Origin: a virus
Reading direction: 5' to 3' (one strand)
IMG/VR virus record: IMGVR_UViG_3300025849_000010
Coordinates: 95,619-159,618 of that record
Length of the DNA: 64,000 nt
The translations under genes and the position numbers were made by a program. Shown in pieces: positions 19,212 to 28,472 of the stretch (positions within the stretch are counted from its first letter, which is position 1; each line of letters begins with the position of its first letter). The notes beneath the pieces are model-generated. The model saw only the letters and a program-made list of their open reading frames with translations, did no database searches and was not told the origin of the DNA.

Positions 19212-20379
19212 AAATAACTTGTATTATGAGCTTACTACAGAAACGCAAACTAAGCCAGTAAGTGCAGTAAAAATACAGCTTGATGTGTTAGACGGGTGTG
19301 TACACGCTTGCCCTGGGTGTTTTGTACATCGTAGAGGAAATGCACCTGAAGTTGATCATTTAAAAGATTGCCGAAACTTTGTAAAACGAATTACAGATGT
19401 AGGTGTTTTAGTTGACGAAATACTCATAGGCCCAACTGACTGTTTATCTAGTGAAAACTTTTATGAAGTAATGAGCAATACTGATTTGTTAGCAATGATA
19501 AATGAAAACTCTCCTATACTTGCTTTTACTACTACATTTTTAGAAAAGGATCTAACACATTTAGATCGTTGGATTACGTTTTTACATGACAATGTGAATA
19601 CTGACACTGAAATAGAAATTGGCATAGCAACTGATCCTATGCGATATAAAGATATACTTTATATACAGCAATTAAAACGCTGTATTGCATATGTCGACCA
19701 GCATTTAAAACATGAATGTACATATACGTTTATTGTTAATATTAGAAACTATGACCTAGACTACGAGCAAATACATGATTTTGTAGTGAAGCAATTTGAT
19801 ACAACAATTGACTTTATTCCAAGTGTAAGTCGCAGTCATAAAGCAAGTATCATACTACCTACACTAAATCAATTCAATGAATTTTTTGAAGCATTACCAG
19901 AAGATACTCATTTAAATAATATTATGGTAGATCACACACATGCTGGGCATAATTATACCGTATTAAATTTTAAAGGAGGACAGTGGTATCTAAGTCCGTT
20001 CCTTTATGAAAATATGGCATTGTATGATAATATGTTTGCAGTAAACAATCTAGACGAAGCATATGATCTTACTGTGTCACAAGTAGATCGAGCTAAAGGA
20101 ACAGTGTGCGAAAACTGTGATTTATTTTTTAGTTGCTACAATAGAAAAATTATTTTATTACGTGACTACTTGGGTACTAAAGAGTGTATAGCGCCTAAGC
20201 AAAATATGTTAAAAAATATACATAACTATAATAAAAGTGCTGCTGAAATGTATGACTGGACAGGATATACTGTTGAGGGTGATAAGCAAGGATATCGTAA
20301 AAAATTCTTAATAACTAAAGACGGCGATGAAAGATTAGATGAAATAAAAAAGGTGTATCATGTCAATCGTAAAGGATAA
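19198..20379 (+). CDS. Atypical radical SAM protein 3 (GPTD type)
   Basis: GCVHACPGCFV, LIGPTD, CENC-x5-C-x16-C; SD AAGGAG. Confidence 0.8.
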   Translation: MPVIKNNLYYELTTETQTKPVSAVKIQLDVLDGCVHACPGCFVHRRGNAPEVDHLKDCRNFVKRITDVGVLVDEILIGPTDCLSSENFYEVMSNTDLLAMINENSPILAFTTTFLEKDLTHLDRWITFLHDNVNTDTEIEIGIATDPMRYKDILYIQQLKRCIAYVDQHLKHECTYTFIVNIRNYDLDYEQIHDFVVKQFDTTIDFIPSVSRSHKASIILPTLNQFNEFFEALPEDTHLNNIMVDHTHAGHNYTVLNFKGGQWYLSPFLYENMALYDNMFAVNNLDEAYDLTVSQVDRAKGTVCENCDLFFSCYNRKIILLRDYLGTKECIAPKQNMLKNIHNYNKSAAEMYDWTGYTVEGDKQGYRKKFLITKDGDERLDEIKKVYHVNRKG

Positions 20380-21454
20380 TTATTGGGAAGCAACAATGGG
20401 TCATAAAGACTATAATATCAGTGTAGGTGATGCACATGATATAAAAGTAAACATGACAGTTGACGTCCTTGACGGGTGCATACATGCTTGTGAAGGATGC
20501 TTTGTTAATCGCAGAAGACAGCAAGCATCTAATGATCAGTTTTCCAAAGTACTAGCTGCACAAAAAATGTTTAATCAAAATAACATTCGATTTAGCAGCA
20601 TAATACTTGGTCCTACTGATGTCTTTGGTAATTTAAATATACAGGACGTTTTAAAATTTGATAGTTTTAAAGAAGTAGTAAGTAACTGCACCACTGTCGG
20701 AATGATTAGTACACTGCTTAACGATGATACTCATATCAATCCTATAATAGATGGCTTCAACGCTATACCTAAATGTGAAGGTTTCTTATATGACTTTCAA
20801 GTAGTTATTGATGTTAAACGAGCACTTGATCCAGAATATAGAAAGAATCACTTAGCACGTATACATGATGTTTTAAATAGATTTACTGATCCCTTAAACT
20901 TTACTATAATTTTTAATATGGATCAAGACTTTGCTGAGTTTGGAAATCTAGCAGAAATATGTCGTGTAATAAAAGAAGAGTACGACACTATTGTAGAGCC
21001 TATTCCTAGTTATCAGCGTTATGGTAAAGGAAAAATACACAACGATATTATTAGGGCGTGGGTTGATATAATAGAAGACACGTTCACTAAAGAAAATCAA
21101 GAATACCTAGCCATGACAATAGCTGACAAAAATCAAGGTGGCGCACTTGAATTAAATTATACATATAGTGCAGGAGAATTTTATTCAACTCCGTTTGTTT
21201 ATGAAGTTGCACTTATACGTGACGAAAAGTTTAGAGTAAAAGATCCAACAGATATTAAAAGTTGGACTAGCTTAAAAACAGACTTGTATATAGATCAGCT
21301 TGCGTATTCCCCTAAAACGCTGCATTGTGAAACATGCAATCGTCGTGAAATATGTTTGAAAAAACACGTATTAAGTTATATGGAGCATTTTGACTTTACG
21401 GAGTGTGTGTATCCTAGAGAAGTATTAAATGAATATAGGCCGTTAACATGTTAA
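20360..21454 (+). CDS. Atypical radical SAM protein 4 (GPTD type)
   Basis: GCIHACEGCFV, ILGPTD, CETC-x5-C-x16-C. Confidence 0.8.
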   Translation: MSIVKDNYWEATMGHKDYNISVGDAHDIKVNMTVDVLDGCIHACEGCFVNRRRQQASNDQFSKVLAAQKMFNQNNIRFSSIILGPTDVFGNLNIQDVLKFDSFKEVVSNCTTVGMISTLLNDDTHINPIIDGFNAIPKCEGFLYDFQVVIDVKRALDPEYRKNHLARIHDVLNRFTDPLNFTIIFNMDQDFAEFGNLAEICRVIKEEYDTIVEPIPSYQRYGKGKIHNDIIRAWVDIIEDTFTKENQEYLAMTIADKNQGGALELNYTYSAGEFYSTPFVYEVALIRDEKFRVKDPTDIKSWTSLKTDLYIDQLAYSPKTLHCETCNRREICLKKHVLSYMEHFDFTECVYPREVLNEYRPLTC

Positions 21455-22575
21455 AAAATGATTGGCAAACTTATCTGCAAAATAATAAACAATCTCTTTC
21501 ACCAGAGGGGTTTATAGATCCTGCTGATCAAAACAAGATAAAAATTCAGTTAATGCTTGAAATATTAGAAGGTTGTGCTTACAACTGTTCGGGCTGTTTT
21601 GTTAAAAGACGAAAAAACTTTGGACAGGGATTAGGGCTAGACTATGCTGCACAACTTGTTGACGAGTTAACTGATCAATATGTATTAGATGATATTATTG
21701 TAGGACCTACTGATTTCTTCTCCAGCGGAAATATAATACAAGTCTTAGAAGATCCTAGATTTAAAAAGATAGTAAACGCATTACCCGAAGACGGCGGACT
21801 ACAGCATAACTGTTCAATAGACTTTTTTATAGGAAATGATCGAGTAAAAGAAATTATTACTTATATTGAAAATAGCTATCTAAAGGATCGTCCGTTTGAT
21901 GTACAAATTGCAGTAGACTTGCATATGTTAGATAATCCACATGTACACGATTTAATAAGTGAACGCCTAGAAGCTATGGAAAATAGTTCTGTAGAATATG
22001 AAGTAAGCCTGCTGTGTAATATAACTCAAGACATTGACGACGATGTATTAGACAAAATTGAAACTGTTAGAAACAAGTGGAATACTGTTGTTGAATGGGG
22101 GCCTAGTTTAGTACGTGCCATGACAAATAGGCCTGATAAAATGTTAGGTATGATACAAGGATGGAATGAAAGTATAGGAAAGGTTGCTAGCATAGATGAA
22201 AAGCGTTTTACACAAAACTTTATATGGCAACAGAGCGATACTAGTCATAAAAACTTTAATGAAGTAATTGTTACAGTTAATAATGACCAGTTATATATAG
22301 TTCCGTTTTTATATGAAAATTCTCCTATATATCATCCTAGTTTCGAAGTACCGATAGGCGAAAATATATTAAACAGTATTTTTGATAAAAGGCACGAATT
22401 GCAATTAACACAATATGCTAACATTCCTAACTTAGTATGCAACGGATGTAAGTATGTAGAAAATTGTAGCTCTAGATTAATACCAACGCTAATCACAGAT
22501 GTAGTTAAGCATAACCAGTGTCTAATAAATAAAAACATAATGGCATTATACGACAATATAGGATATAATAAATGA
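21448..22575 (+). CDS. Atypical radical SAM protein 5 (GPTD type)
   Basis: GCAYNCSGCFV, IVGPTD, CNGC-x5-C-x17-C. Confidence 0.8.
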   Translation: MLKNDWQTYLQNNKQSLSPEGFIDPADQNKIKIQLMLEILEGCAYNCSGCFVKRRKNFGQGLGLDYAAQLVDELTDQYVLDDIIVGPTDFFSSGNIIQVLEDPRFKKIVNALPEDGGLQHNCSIDFFIGNDRVKEIITYIENSYLKDRPFDVQIAVDLHMLDNPHVHDLISERLEAMENSSVEYEVSLLCNITQDIDDDVLDKIETVRNKWNTVVEWGPSLVRAMTNRPDKMLGMIQGWNESIGKVASIDEKRFTQNFIWQQSDTSHKNFNEVIVTVNNDQLYIVPFLYENSPIYHPSFEVPIGENILNSIFDKRHELQLTQYANIPNLVCNGCKYVENCSSRLIPTLITDVVKHNQCLINKNIMALYDNIGYNK

Positions 22576-23780
22576 GCTGCGGAACAGAAATACTAAAAGC
22601 ATTAATGCCGGATAACATTACTGATGATCACTTGTTGGACACAAAGGCACAGCAAGAAGCAAATGCAGTAACACACGCAATATTAGAGCGTAAGCGTCCT
22701 CTTATTGGCGAAATTGAAATAACACTTTTTGAAAACTGTCCTATTAATTGCGACTTTTGCTTCCATGATAAAGAAAGCGAAGTAGGCATGACATATGAAG
22801 AAATGCTAATGAAACTTCCTCTGGTAGAAGCACACTGTAAAAAGATGCAGGGCAAAGTACATGCTATGCAGTTTAATATGGTAGGTGGAGAGCTGTTTCA
22901 AGACCGTGCAAAAGATACACTGTATCCTATGTTTTTTGATTTAATGGTAGAAATTAAAAAAATAACAGATAGGTACGGACACGTTATACAAGTAGTTTGG
23001 GTTAGTAACTTTTTGTTTAAGTATCACGAAGATGTACGCAAACTGCTAGACGATCTAAATGCAGTAGACATACCAAGTAAACTGATTGCTAGTTATGATC
23101 TAAGTGGACGTCCTACAGGCGGACAATACACTAAAAATATCGAACGTTTTAAAGATTATATTTCTACTATCAATTTAGTAGCAACAACAGACAGTATCAA
23201 TGCATTGTTTGCAGGAGATGATTATTTCAATTATCTATATGAAAACTTTGATTTGTTCTTTGATGATTTTATTCCAGATCCGGGATACGACCATTTAGTA
23301 CCAGCTGATTCGCTTTACTTAAAGTTTATGAAATACATTGCTGATAATTATCCAGAAGTAAATCCGTATAAAGAACTTATAGAAAATGATGTTAATCAAA
23401 TGCATTGTATGAGCTTAAACAAGTTAACTATTTTTCCGGATAACACAACTGCAAATTGCCGTTGGCATCGTTATACACGCAATGATTTTCAACACGCATA
23501 TATTAGAAAAGACAACACTAACCTCATGCAAGCATACATGGACGAAGTTGGTTGTTTAAGTTGTCAATATTTTGATCGTTGCGGCTTCCGTTGTTATACG
23601 CAATGGGACTGGAAGAATCGTGCTAGGGATTTACCACCTGGCATTTGTCCTATAAAAGAGTTCTTTAATTATGTAGGGGATACTGATCAAACATCATCTC
23701 TTCCTCATAATAAGACCTTACGTCGGGCACCATTCCCGTCTGAGATGAAGGATCAGGAAGGCTTATATGGTCGAGAATAG
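22572..23780 (+). CDS. Radical SAM/SPASM-domain protein 6
   Basis: CPINCDFC, VGGELF, SPASM-like HC...IFPD...NC...CLSCQYFDRCGFRC...CP. Confidence 0.85.
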   Translation: MSCGTEILKALMPDNITDDHLLDTKAQQEANAVTHAILERKRPLIGEIEITLFENCPINCDFCFHDKESEVGMTYEEMLMKLPLVEAHCKKMQGKVHAMQFNMVGGELFQDRAKDTLYPMFFDLMVEIKKITDRYGHVIQVVWVSNFLFKYHEDVRKLLDDLNAVDIPSKLIASYDLSGRPTGGQYTKNIERFKDYISTINLVATTDSINALFAGDDYFNYLYENFDLFFDDFIPDPGYDHLVPADSLYLKFMKYIADNYPEVNPYKELIENDVNQMHCMSLNKLTIFPDNTTANCRWHRYTRNDFQHAYIRKDNTNLMQAYMDEVGCLSCQYFDRCGFRCYTQWDWKNRARDLPPGICPIKEFFNYVGDTDQTSSLPHNKTLRRAPFPSEMKDQEGLYGRE

Positions 23781-24084
23781 CATTGTAAGTTTCTTTATCT
23801 TCGCTATAGGGTTTAAAGTACGGATCATTGCCGGCTAATAAATCTTTATCATCTAGTAGCTCGTAGAAATCGTATTTAAAATCTAAACTTATCCAATAAG
23901 CATAACAGATTGCTACGAAATAACTTTTAGCAGGATACACCCATTCGTCTACACGTTCGTAGAAATGTTTCACTGCCCAAATAACACTGTCTTCTTCTGT
24001 ACGAATGTCGACTTTGTTTAAGTCGTCAGTAAATTCTGTTGCAGTACTATTAAATAGTTGTAATCTAGTCTTCCAGTTCAGCAT
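23665..24084 (-). CDS. Hypothetical protein in the rSAM cluster (139 aa)
   Basis: Start overlaps the end of rSAM 7; last gene of the minus arm; aromatic/acidic composition. Confidence 0.65.
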   Translation of the reverse strand: MLNWKTRLQLFNSTATEFTDDLNKVDIRTEEDSVIWAVKHFYERVDEWVYPAKSYFVAICYAYWISLDFKYDFYELLDDKDLLAGNDPYFKPYSEDKETYNAILDHISLPDPSSQTGMVPDVRSYYEEEMMFDQYPLHN

Positions 24085-24982
24085 ACCAGTCTATTAGTCC
24101 CTTATATCCATTACAGCCGTTGTTTAAGTCTTTAACATATCGATAATGTTCAGTTAAGCATTTACCGTAGTATTTACAATTATGACATATTTCACTGACG
24201 TTTTCTGTAGACTCTTTTGAAGCCCACAACAAGTATTCGTCAAACGTATTATATTCTTCAAAAAACTCATTATCGTTCTTGTCAAATTCAAGCACACCGA
24301 ATTTAGCATCAGGCGTAATGTATACATGATCGTTACTAAATGCATTACGATTGCCTTCTAATACATCTTCTAAATCATCTACGTTAACAAAATCAAACTG
24401 CTTTAATACAGGAGATTCTATCCATTGCTGCACATGTTGTTCAAAATCTCTATGTGTAACAGGGTGTGCATTTGCTTGATTAGTTGAGTAAGGTTTTATT
24501 TCTACACACTTAACATTTTGCATCATATTAAATGTATTAATCATTAAGTCTACATTAGTAGCTAATACCTTAGGACTTGCTAAAACTAGTACACTAATAT
24601 CCTTAGGAAAAAGCATCATATTCTGTAATACTTTATCACTTTGTTCTCGAGCTTCGAAGTCATAGCTTACACTAATATGCACATCATCATCTAAAAAGAA
24701 ATCAGGCCTTGCACTTAAATTAGTATTGATGTTAATTCTACCACTAAAATATTTTCTAATAACAGTTTTCAAACTATAAAAATATTCTTTATCTAGCATA
24801 CCTATTTCGCCACCGTATAAATCTACGTGTGTAATCGGTACAGACACTTCACTAAGACGCTTGTCTAGATCTTCCGGAGTAATACGCTTTTTATTACCTA
24901 GTTGGGCTGTAGTAAGATAACAAAAGTCGCAGCGAAAGTTACAAAAATATGTAGGATTGATACTAACAGTAAATTCAGTCAT
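24065..24982 (-). CDS. Radical SAM protein 7 with a C-terminal Cys cluster
   Basis: NPTYFCNFRCDFCY, LYGGEI, CHNCKYYGKC...C. Confidence 0.85.
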   Translation of the reverse strand: MTEFTVSINPTYFCNFRCDFCYLTTAQLGNKKRITPEDLDKRLSEVSVPITHVDLYGGEIGMLDKEYFYSLKTVIRKYFSGRININTNLSARPDFFLDDDVHISVSYDFEAREQSDKVLQNMMLFPKDISVLVLASPKVLATNVDLMINTFNMMQNVKCVEIKPYSTNQANAHPVTHRDFEQHVQQWIESPVLKQFDFVNVDDLEDVLEGNRNAFSNDHVYITPDAKFGVLEFDKNDNEFFEEYNTFDEYLLWASKESTENVSEICHNCKYYGKCLTEHYRYVKDLNNGCNGYKGLIDWYAELED

Positions 24983-26009
24983 ATTCCCTCACATAAGGAG
25001 TAACGCTATCAGGGTCTTGATTATTCAACTTTAAAATAGTTGGAGCAAGTTGTTTCATTTCAAAACAATGTTCTTCTACTTGACCTTCACGCTTGTGATC
25101 TCTAACAGTTTTACGACAGCCGTTACATATTCTAAACATAGGACACGTTAGGCATGCCTGCTTCATTGAAATTAGTTCTGGCGCATCTTGCAACGGTGTA
25201 CTAAATCCTCCTGACATTTCATATTCAAAGTCGATAGGATAATCTTTGTCGTCACCTAAACTACCGCAACTATAATAGTCGCCGCCTGGATTGAACGCAC
25301 GTATGCCTTCGTCACAATGTCTGTTTTGAGGACAAGTAGTTGTATCACTTTGTAGCCTACGAACCATTTGTTGTGTATTGTATTCCCAGTCCATTAGTCC
25401 AGCGTTGTAAATATCAATGTATGCTTTATATATTTTACTAAGACGATATGTATAGCCCTGCTCGCCGCTTGCCATTGCATAGTTTACTTTGCAAACTACA
25501 TTCATCTTTTTAGCAAGCTCTACTGTTTTAATAATAGTATGCTCGTTCATGTCGTCAATAACAGCAATAAACTCAGGACGATAACCACAAAGTTCTAACA
25601 TTTTATCTGATACTTTCCAGAAGTCTTCTTCTGTAAATATTGAAAAGTCACCTTTAAGTCTACCAGCACCGTATTGAAAACTAGTCGAGATTCCCATACG
25701 TGGGTGATTGAATAAATCTATCCACTTTTCGGGTTTAACGTAAAACGGCCATAAGTTGCTAGTAAAGCTAATAGTTGCCGGCATATCGTGTGTATCGAGA
25801 TATTCTATTATTTTCCAATAATATTCTGGAGACATCATGAGTGGATCACCACCGTTAACAATAATTGTATTAGTGTCGGGATATCTATCTAAAAATCTAA
25901 AGATATAATCGTGATCTAATTGTCCTGCATTATTAGGATCGATCTTAGTCGAAGAACAAAATGTACATTTGAAGTTACATGCTTCAGTGGGTTTAATAAT
26001 AAGATCCAT
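24975..26009 (-). CDS. Radical SAM/SPASM protein 8
   Basis: KPTEACNFKCTFC, NGGDPL, C..C..YYSCG..CLTCPMFRICNGC..C. Confidence 0.88.
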   Translation of the reverse strand: MDLIIKPTEACNFKCTFCSSTKIDPNNAGQLDHDYIFRFLDRYPDTNTIIVNGGDPLMMSPEYYWKIIEYLDTHDMPATISFTSNLWPFYVKPEKWIDLFNHPRMGISTSFQYGAGRLKGDFSIFTEEDFWKVSDKMLELCGYRPEFIAVIDDMNEHTIIKTVELAKKMNVVCKVNYAMASGEQGYTYRLSKIYKAYIDIYNAGLMDWEYNTQQMVRRLQSDTTTCPQNRHCDEGIRAFNPGGDYYSCGSLGDDKDYPIDFEYEMSGGFSTPLQDAPELISMKQACLTCPMFRICNGCRKTVRDHKREGQVEEHCFEMKQLAPTILKLNNQDPDSVTPYVREYD

Positions 26010-27037
26010 TACGGCGCTAACTCCAACATTAGTGTTTTAGGAGCAGGACATATATCGCCTTCCCATGCAAGTTTGTAACAATCGCCACCGCAGTAAAACT
26101 GCACAGGACATTCATAACATTTAGAATTTCTATTCATTTCAGTTGCAATATTACACATTCGACTTGGATGAAATAATACATGATCTATGTCATCAGAAAT
26201 GTGTGCATAGTGTGCAGTTGGCGCACTATTGGGACAACCTGCAATGCGACCGTCTGCATTTATAGTAAACAGTTTTTGTTCACAGTCTCTACAGAATGTA
26301 CTTGCACGAGTAATGCCATCCTCAAACTTCATATATACACTTTCAATTGTAGAGTTGTATATTTTATCTCTAAGATTTCTTGCTTGTGTTTCCTTGTGCA
26401 ACTGTAAGTACCAATCTTGTATTTCTATATTAGTAGGAAATATCTTAGGATTGCGCACAGCATTGCCGTCTGAAGTTAATCTTTCAAAGTCAACTTCTTG
26501 TATACCTAAGTCGATCAAATATTCGATAACATCTGCAGGATTTTCTTGTATCATATCTTTACTTAAACTAACAAAACACTTGATGTCTACTCCATCTGCT
26601 GTTAGTTGACGCACATTATCTTCCCATAGTTTTTGCTGTTTAGCATTAGCCCAACGTATAAACGGATCGTAACTTGTACCTAAACGTTTGTGTAGTATTC
26701 CGTATATTAGATCAAGTTTCTCGTCTGTAAGTTTATATGTTAAGTTAGTGGTCATGCCGTAGTAAGCTCTGTCACCCCAAACATCATAAGTCAGTTTGTG
26801 AAACAGTTTCATATCTTCTACGGGTGCAAGCATAGGTTCACCGCCGTGGAACTCGAAAGCTATTCCGCTATTGGGCATTTTAGCATACAGTCTATTAAAA
26901 AAATCTGCTGTAGCACGGGGATCAAAATAAATCTTACGTCCGTTGATGCCATTAGTAAAACAATGAGAACAGTTTAAATTACAAGTCTCAGTTGTTTTAA
27001 TATAAGACATATACTGTGTGGCGTTATGTACGGTCAT
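26009..27037 (-). CDS. Radical SAM/SPASM protein 9 (anSME/peptide-maturase-like)
   Basis: KTTETCNLNCSHCF, FHGGEPML, CRDC..TINADGRIAGCP..CYECPVQFYCGGDC..CP. Confidence 0.9.
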   Translation of the reverse strand: MTVHNATQYMSYIKTTETCNLNCSHCFTNGINGRKIYFDPRATADFFNRLYAKMPNSGIAFEFHGGEPMLAPVEDMKLFHKLTYDVWGDRAYYGMTTNLTYKLTDEKLDLIYGILHKRLGTSYDPFIRWANAKQQKLWEDNVRQLTADGVDIKCFVSLSKDMIQENPADVIEYLIDLGIQEVDFERLTSDGNAVRNPKIFPTNIEIQDWYLQLHKETQARNLRDKIYNSTIESVYMKFEDGITRASTFCRDCEQKLFTINADGRIAGCPNSAPTAHYAHISDDIDHVLFHPSRMCNIATEMNRNSKCYECPVQFYCGGDCYKLAWEGDICPAPKTLMLELAP

Positions 27038-27500
27038 CTAATCCCCAAGATAGCATAATGCTATTGTCTTTATTTAAAGCACGGTGCGGTGTTTCTGCAG
27101 GCACAAACAAGCAATGTCCACTGTGTGCTGTTATCTCTGTACCGTTTATTTCTAATGTTTTACTTCCATGAGTAACTTGCAATACTAAGTCTACAGGATC
27201 GGTGTGAATACCGAATGATGGAGAATTAGGCTTTGCGTAGAACACATGACAAGTACCATTATTAAAATTACAAATCTGTTCATACTTTTCTAATTTAATT
27301 GTTATATCATCACGCAGCAAAAGATTATCTACTACTCCGAGATATGAAATATAATCATTTTCGGTTATATAATGTTGTAAGCCTTCACTGTCAATGTAGC
27401 TAGTCATTACTCTATTATATGCTAAGTCACTGCGGAGTATATCATAAAACTCTAACATTGACATTTTAACTTTAGGAATCATATCAACACCACACGTCAA
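27024..27500 (-). CDS. JmjC/cupin-4-like Fe(II)/2OG oxygenase
   Basis: SFGIHTDPVD (HxD), QVTHGSK and distal VPAETPHRA His, resembling YcfD/NO66-type protein hydroxylases. Confidence 0.65.
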   Translation of the reverse strand: MTCGVDMIPKVKMSMLEFYDILRSDLAYNRVMTSYIDSEGLQHYITENDYISYLGVVDNLLLRDDITIKLEKYEQICNFNNGTCHVFYAKPNSPSFGIHTDPVDLVLQVTHGSKTLEINGTEITAHSGHCLFVPAETPHRALNKDNSIMLSWGLDDRT

Positions 27501-28014
27501 ACGGCATGCAAATTCGCATGTCTTTTACAGTCTCGACATTGTGCCAAACAAAGCTAGGAAATATAAACAAATCACCAGCCTGAGGCTTTAATACAACAGG
27601 TTCAAATATATGATTTAAGTTACTGTTGTAACCTCTATTAGCATTACCTCTAGGATCGTGTAATACTAGTTCTCCGCCTACAGGAGGAGTTGCAAGATAA
27701 AGTATTCCAGTAAACTGACTTCCTAAGTGGTTGTGTATATGATGTGTTGCACCTTGTCTATAAACATGTACCCACCAGCTAAAAGAAAATGATTTCTGTT
27801 TTGGAAAGTCTGATTCTAAATAAGATTTAATAGAATTGTCAATAAACTCGTGTGCTAATTTTAATTCTGAATACTCGTCAATATCAGGACGCTCGTGATC
27901 ACTTATACCATCAGGAAACTTCATGATAATATCGTTAACTACATTGCCTAACGCAATTTGATCATCCCACGTAAACTGTGCAAGTGTAGTAGGCCAAAGT
28001 TCATTAAGTATCAT
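27484..28014 (-). CDS. Putative 2OG-Fe(II) oxygenase (phage TIGR02466-like)
   Basis: HIHNH..TGILYL..LVLHDPR..PQAGDLFIFPSFVWHNV..RICMPF. Confidence 0.8.
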   Translation of the reverse strand: MILNELWPTTLAQFTWDDQIALGNVVNDIIMKFPDGISDHERPDIDEYSELKLAHEFIDNSIKSYLESDFPKQKSFSFSWWVHVYRQGATHHIHNHLGSQFTGILYLATPPVGGELVLHDPRGNANRGYNSNLNHIFEPVVLKPQAGDLFIFPSFVWHNVETVKDMRICMPFDVWC

Positions 28015-28456
28015 TGTGATCCTCTATGTATTGCAAAACGTCAACTGCCGTCATGACTTTAGTCTTTATTGTAGCATTGTTTAATGTATTTCGCAACCCC
28101 TGATGTAAGGGTTTTGGCCAATTTCCAAATGTAACCCAACAGTAACCTGAGTGTTCGTCATTTAACAACGGAATAAATTCGTCATTTACAAAACATAGAT
28201 ATGTATGAAAATTAAACTTTTCATCATTTGATACAAATAGCTCTAATGGGATAACTTTAGCAAAAGAAGGAAGTTTGCCTAATTCTTCGGTTATCTCTCG
28301 TTGTAGACCTTCCCAAGGAGTTTCGCCATATTCATTTTTGCCGCCTACTAGTCCCCAGTGCTCAGGCTGTTTAACATGAGTTCGTTGTAATAGTAATACA
28401 CGTTTAGTTTTAAGGGAACAAATCAGAGCTCCACTACAAATTATTTTCTCGGACAT
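28004..28456 (-). CDS. NUDIX hydrolase
   Basis: Nudix box GGKNEYGETPWEGLQREITEELG. Confidence 0.9.
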   Translation of the reverse strand: MSEKIICSGALICSLKTKRVLLLQRTHVKQPEHWGLVGGKNEYGETPWEGLQREITEELGKLPSFAKVIPLELFVSNDEKFNFHTYLCFVNDEFIPLLNDEHSGYCWVTFGNWPKPLHQGLRNTLNNATIKTKVMTAVDVLQYIEDHNDT

Positions 28457-28472
28457 ATAATATATAGTAGTT

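Noticed and set aside
17012-27037. rSAM genes as a known cofactor or base-modification pathway (QueE/7-deazaguanine, MoaA, PqqE, NrdG)
   Set aside because: None of the expected partners (QueC, QueD, FolE, DpdA, MoaC, PqqB/C, NrdD) is visible in the window, whereas SPASM-type Cys motifs and adjacent Cys/His-repeat proteins point to protein substrates; not excluded without database searches
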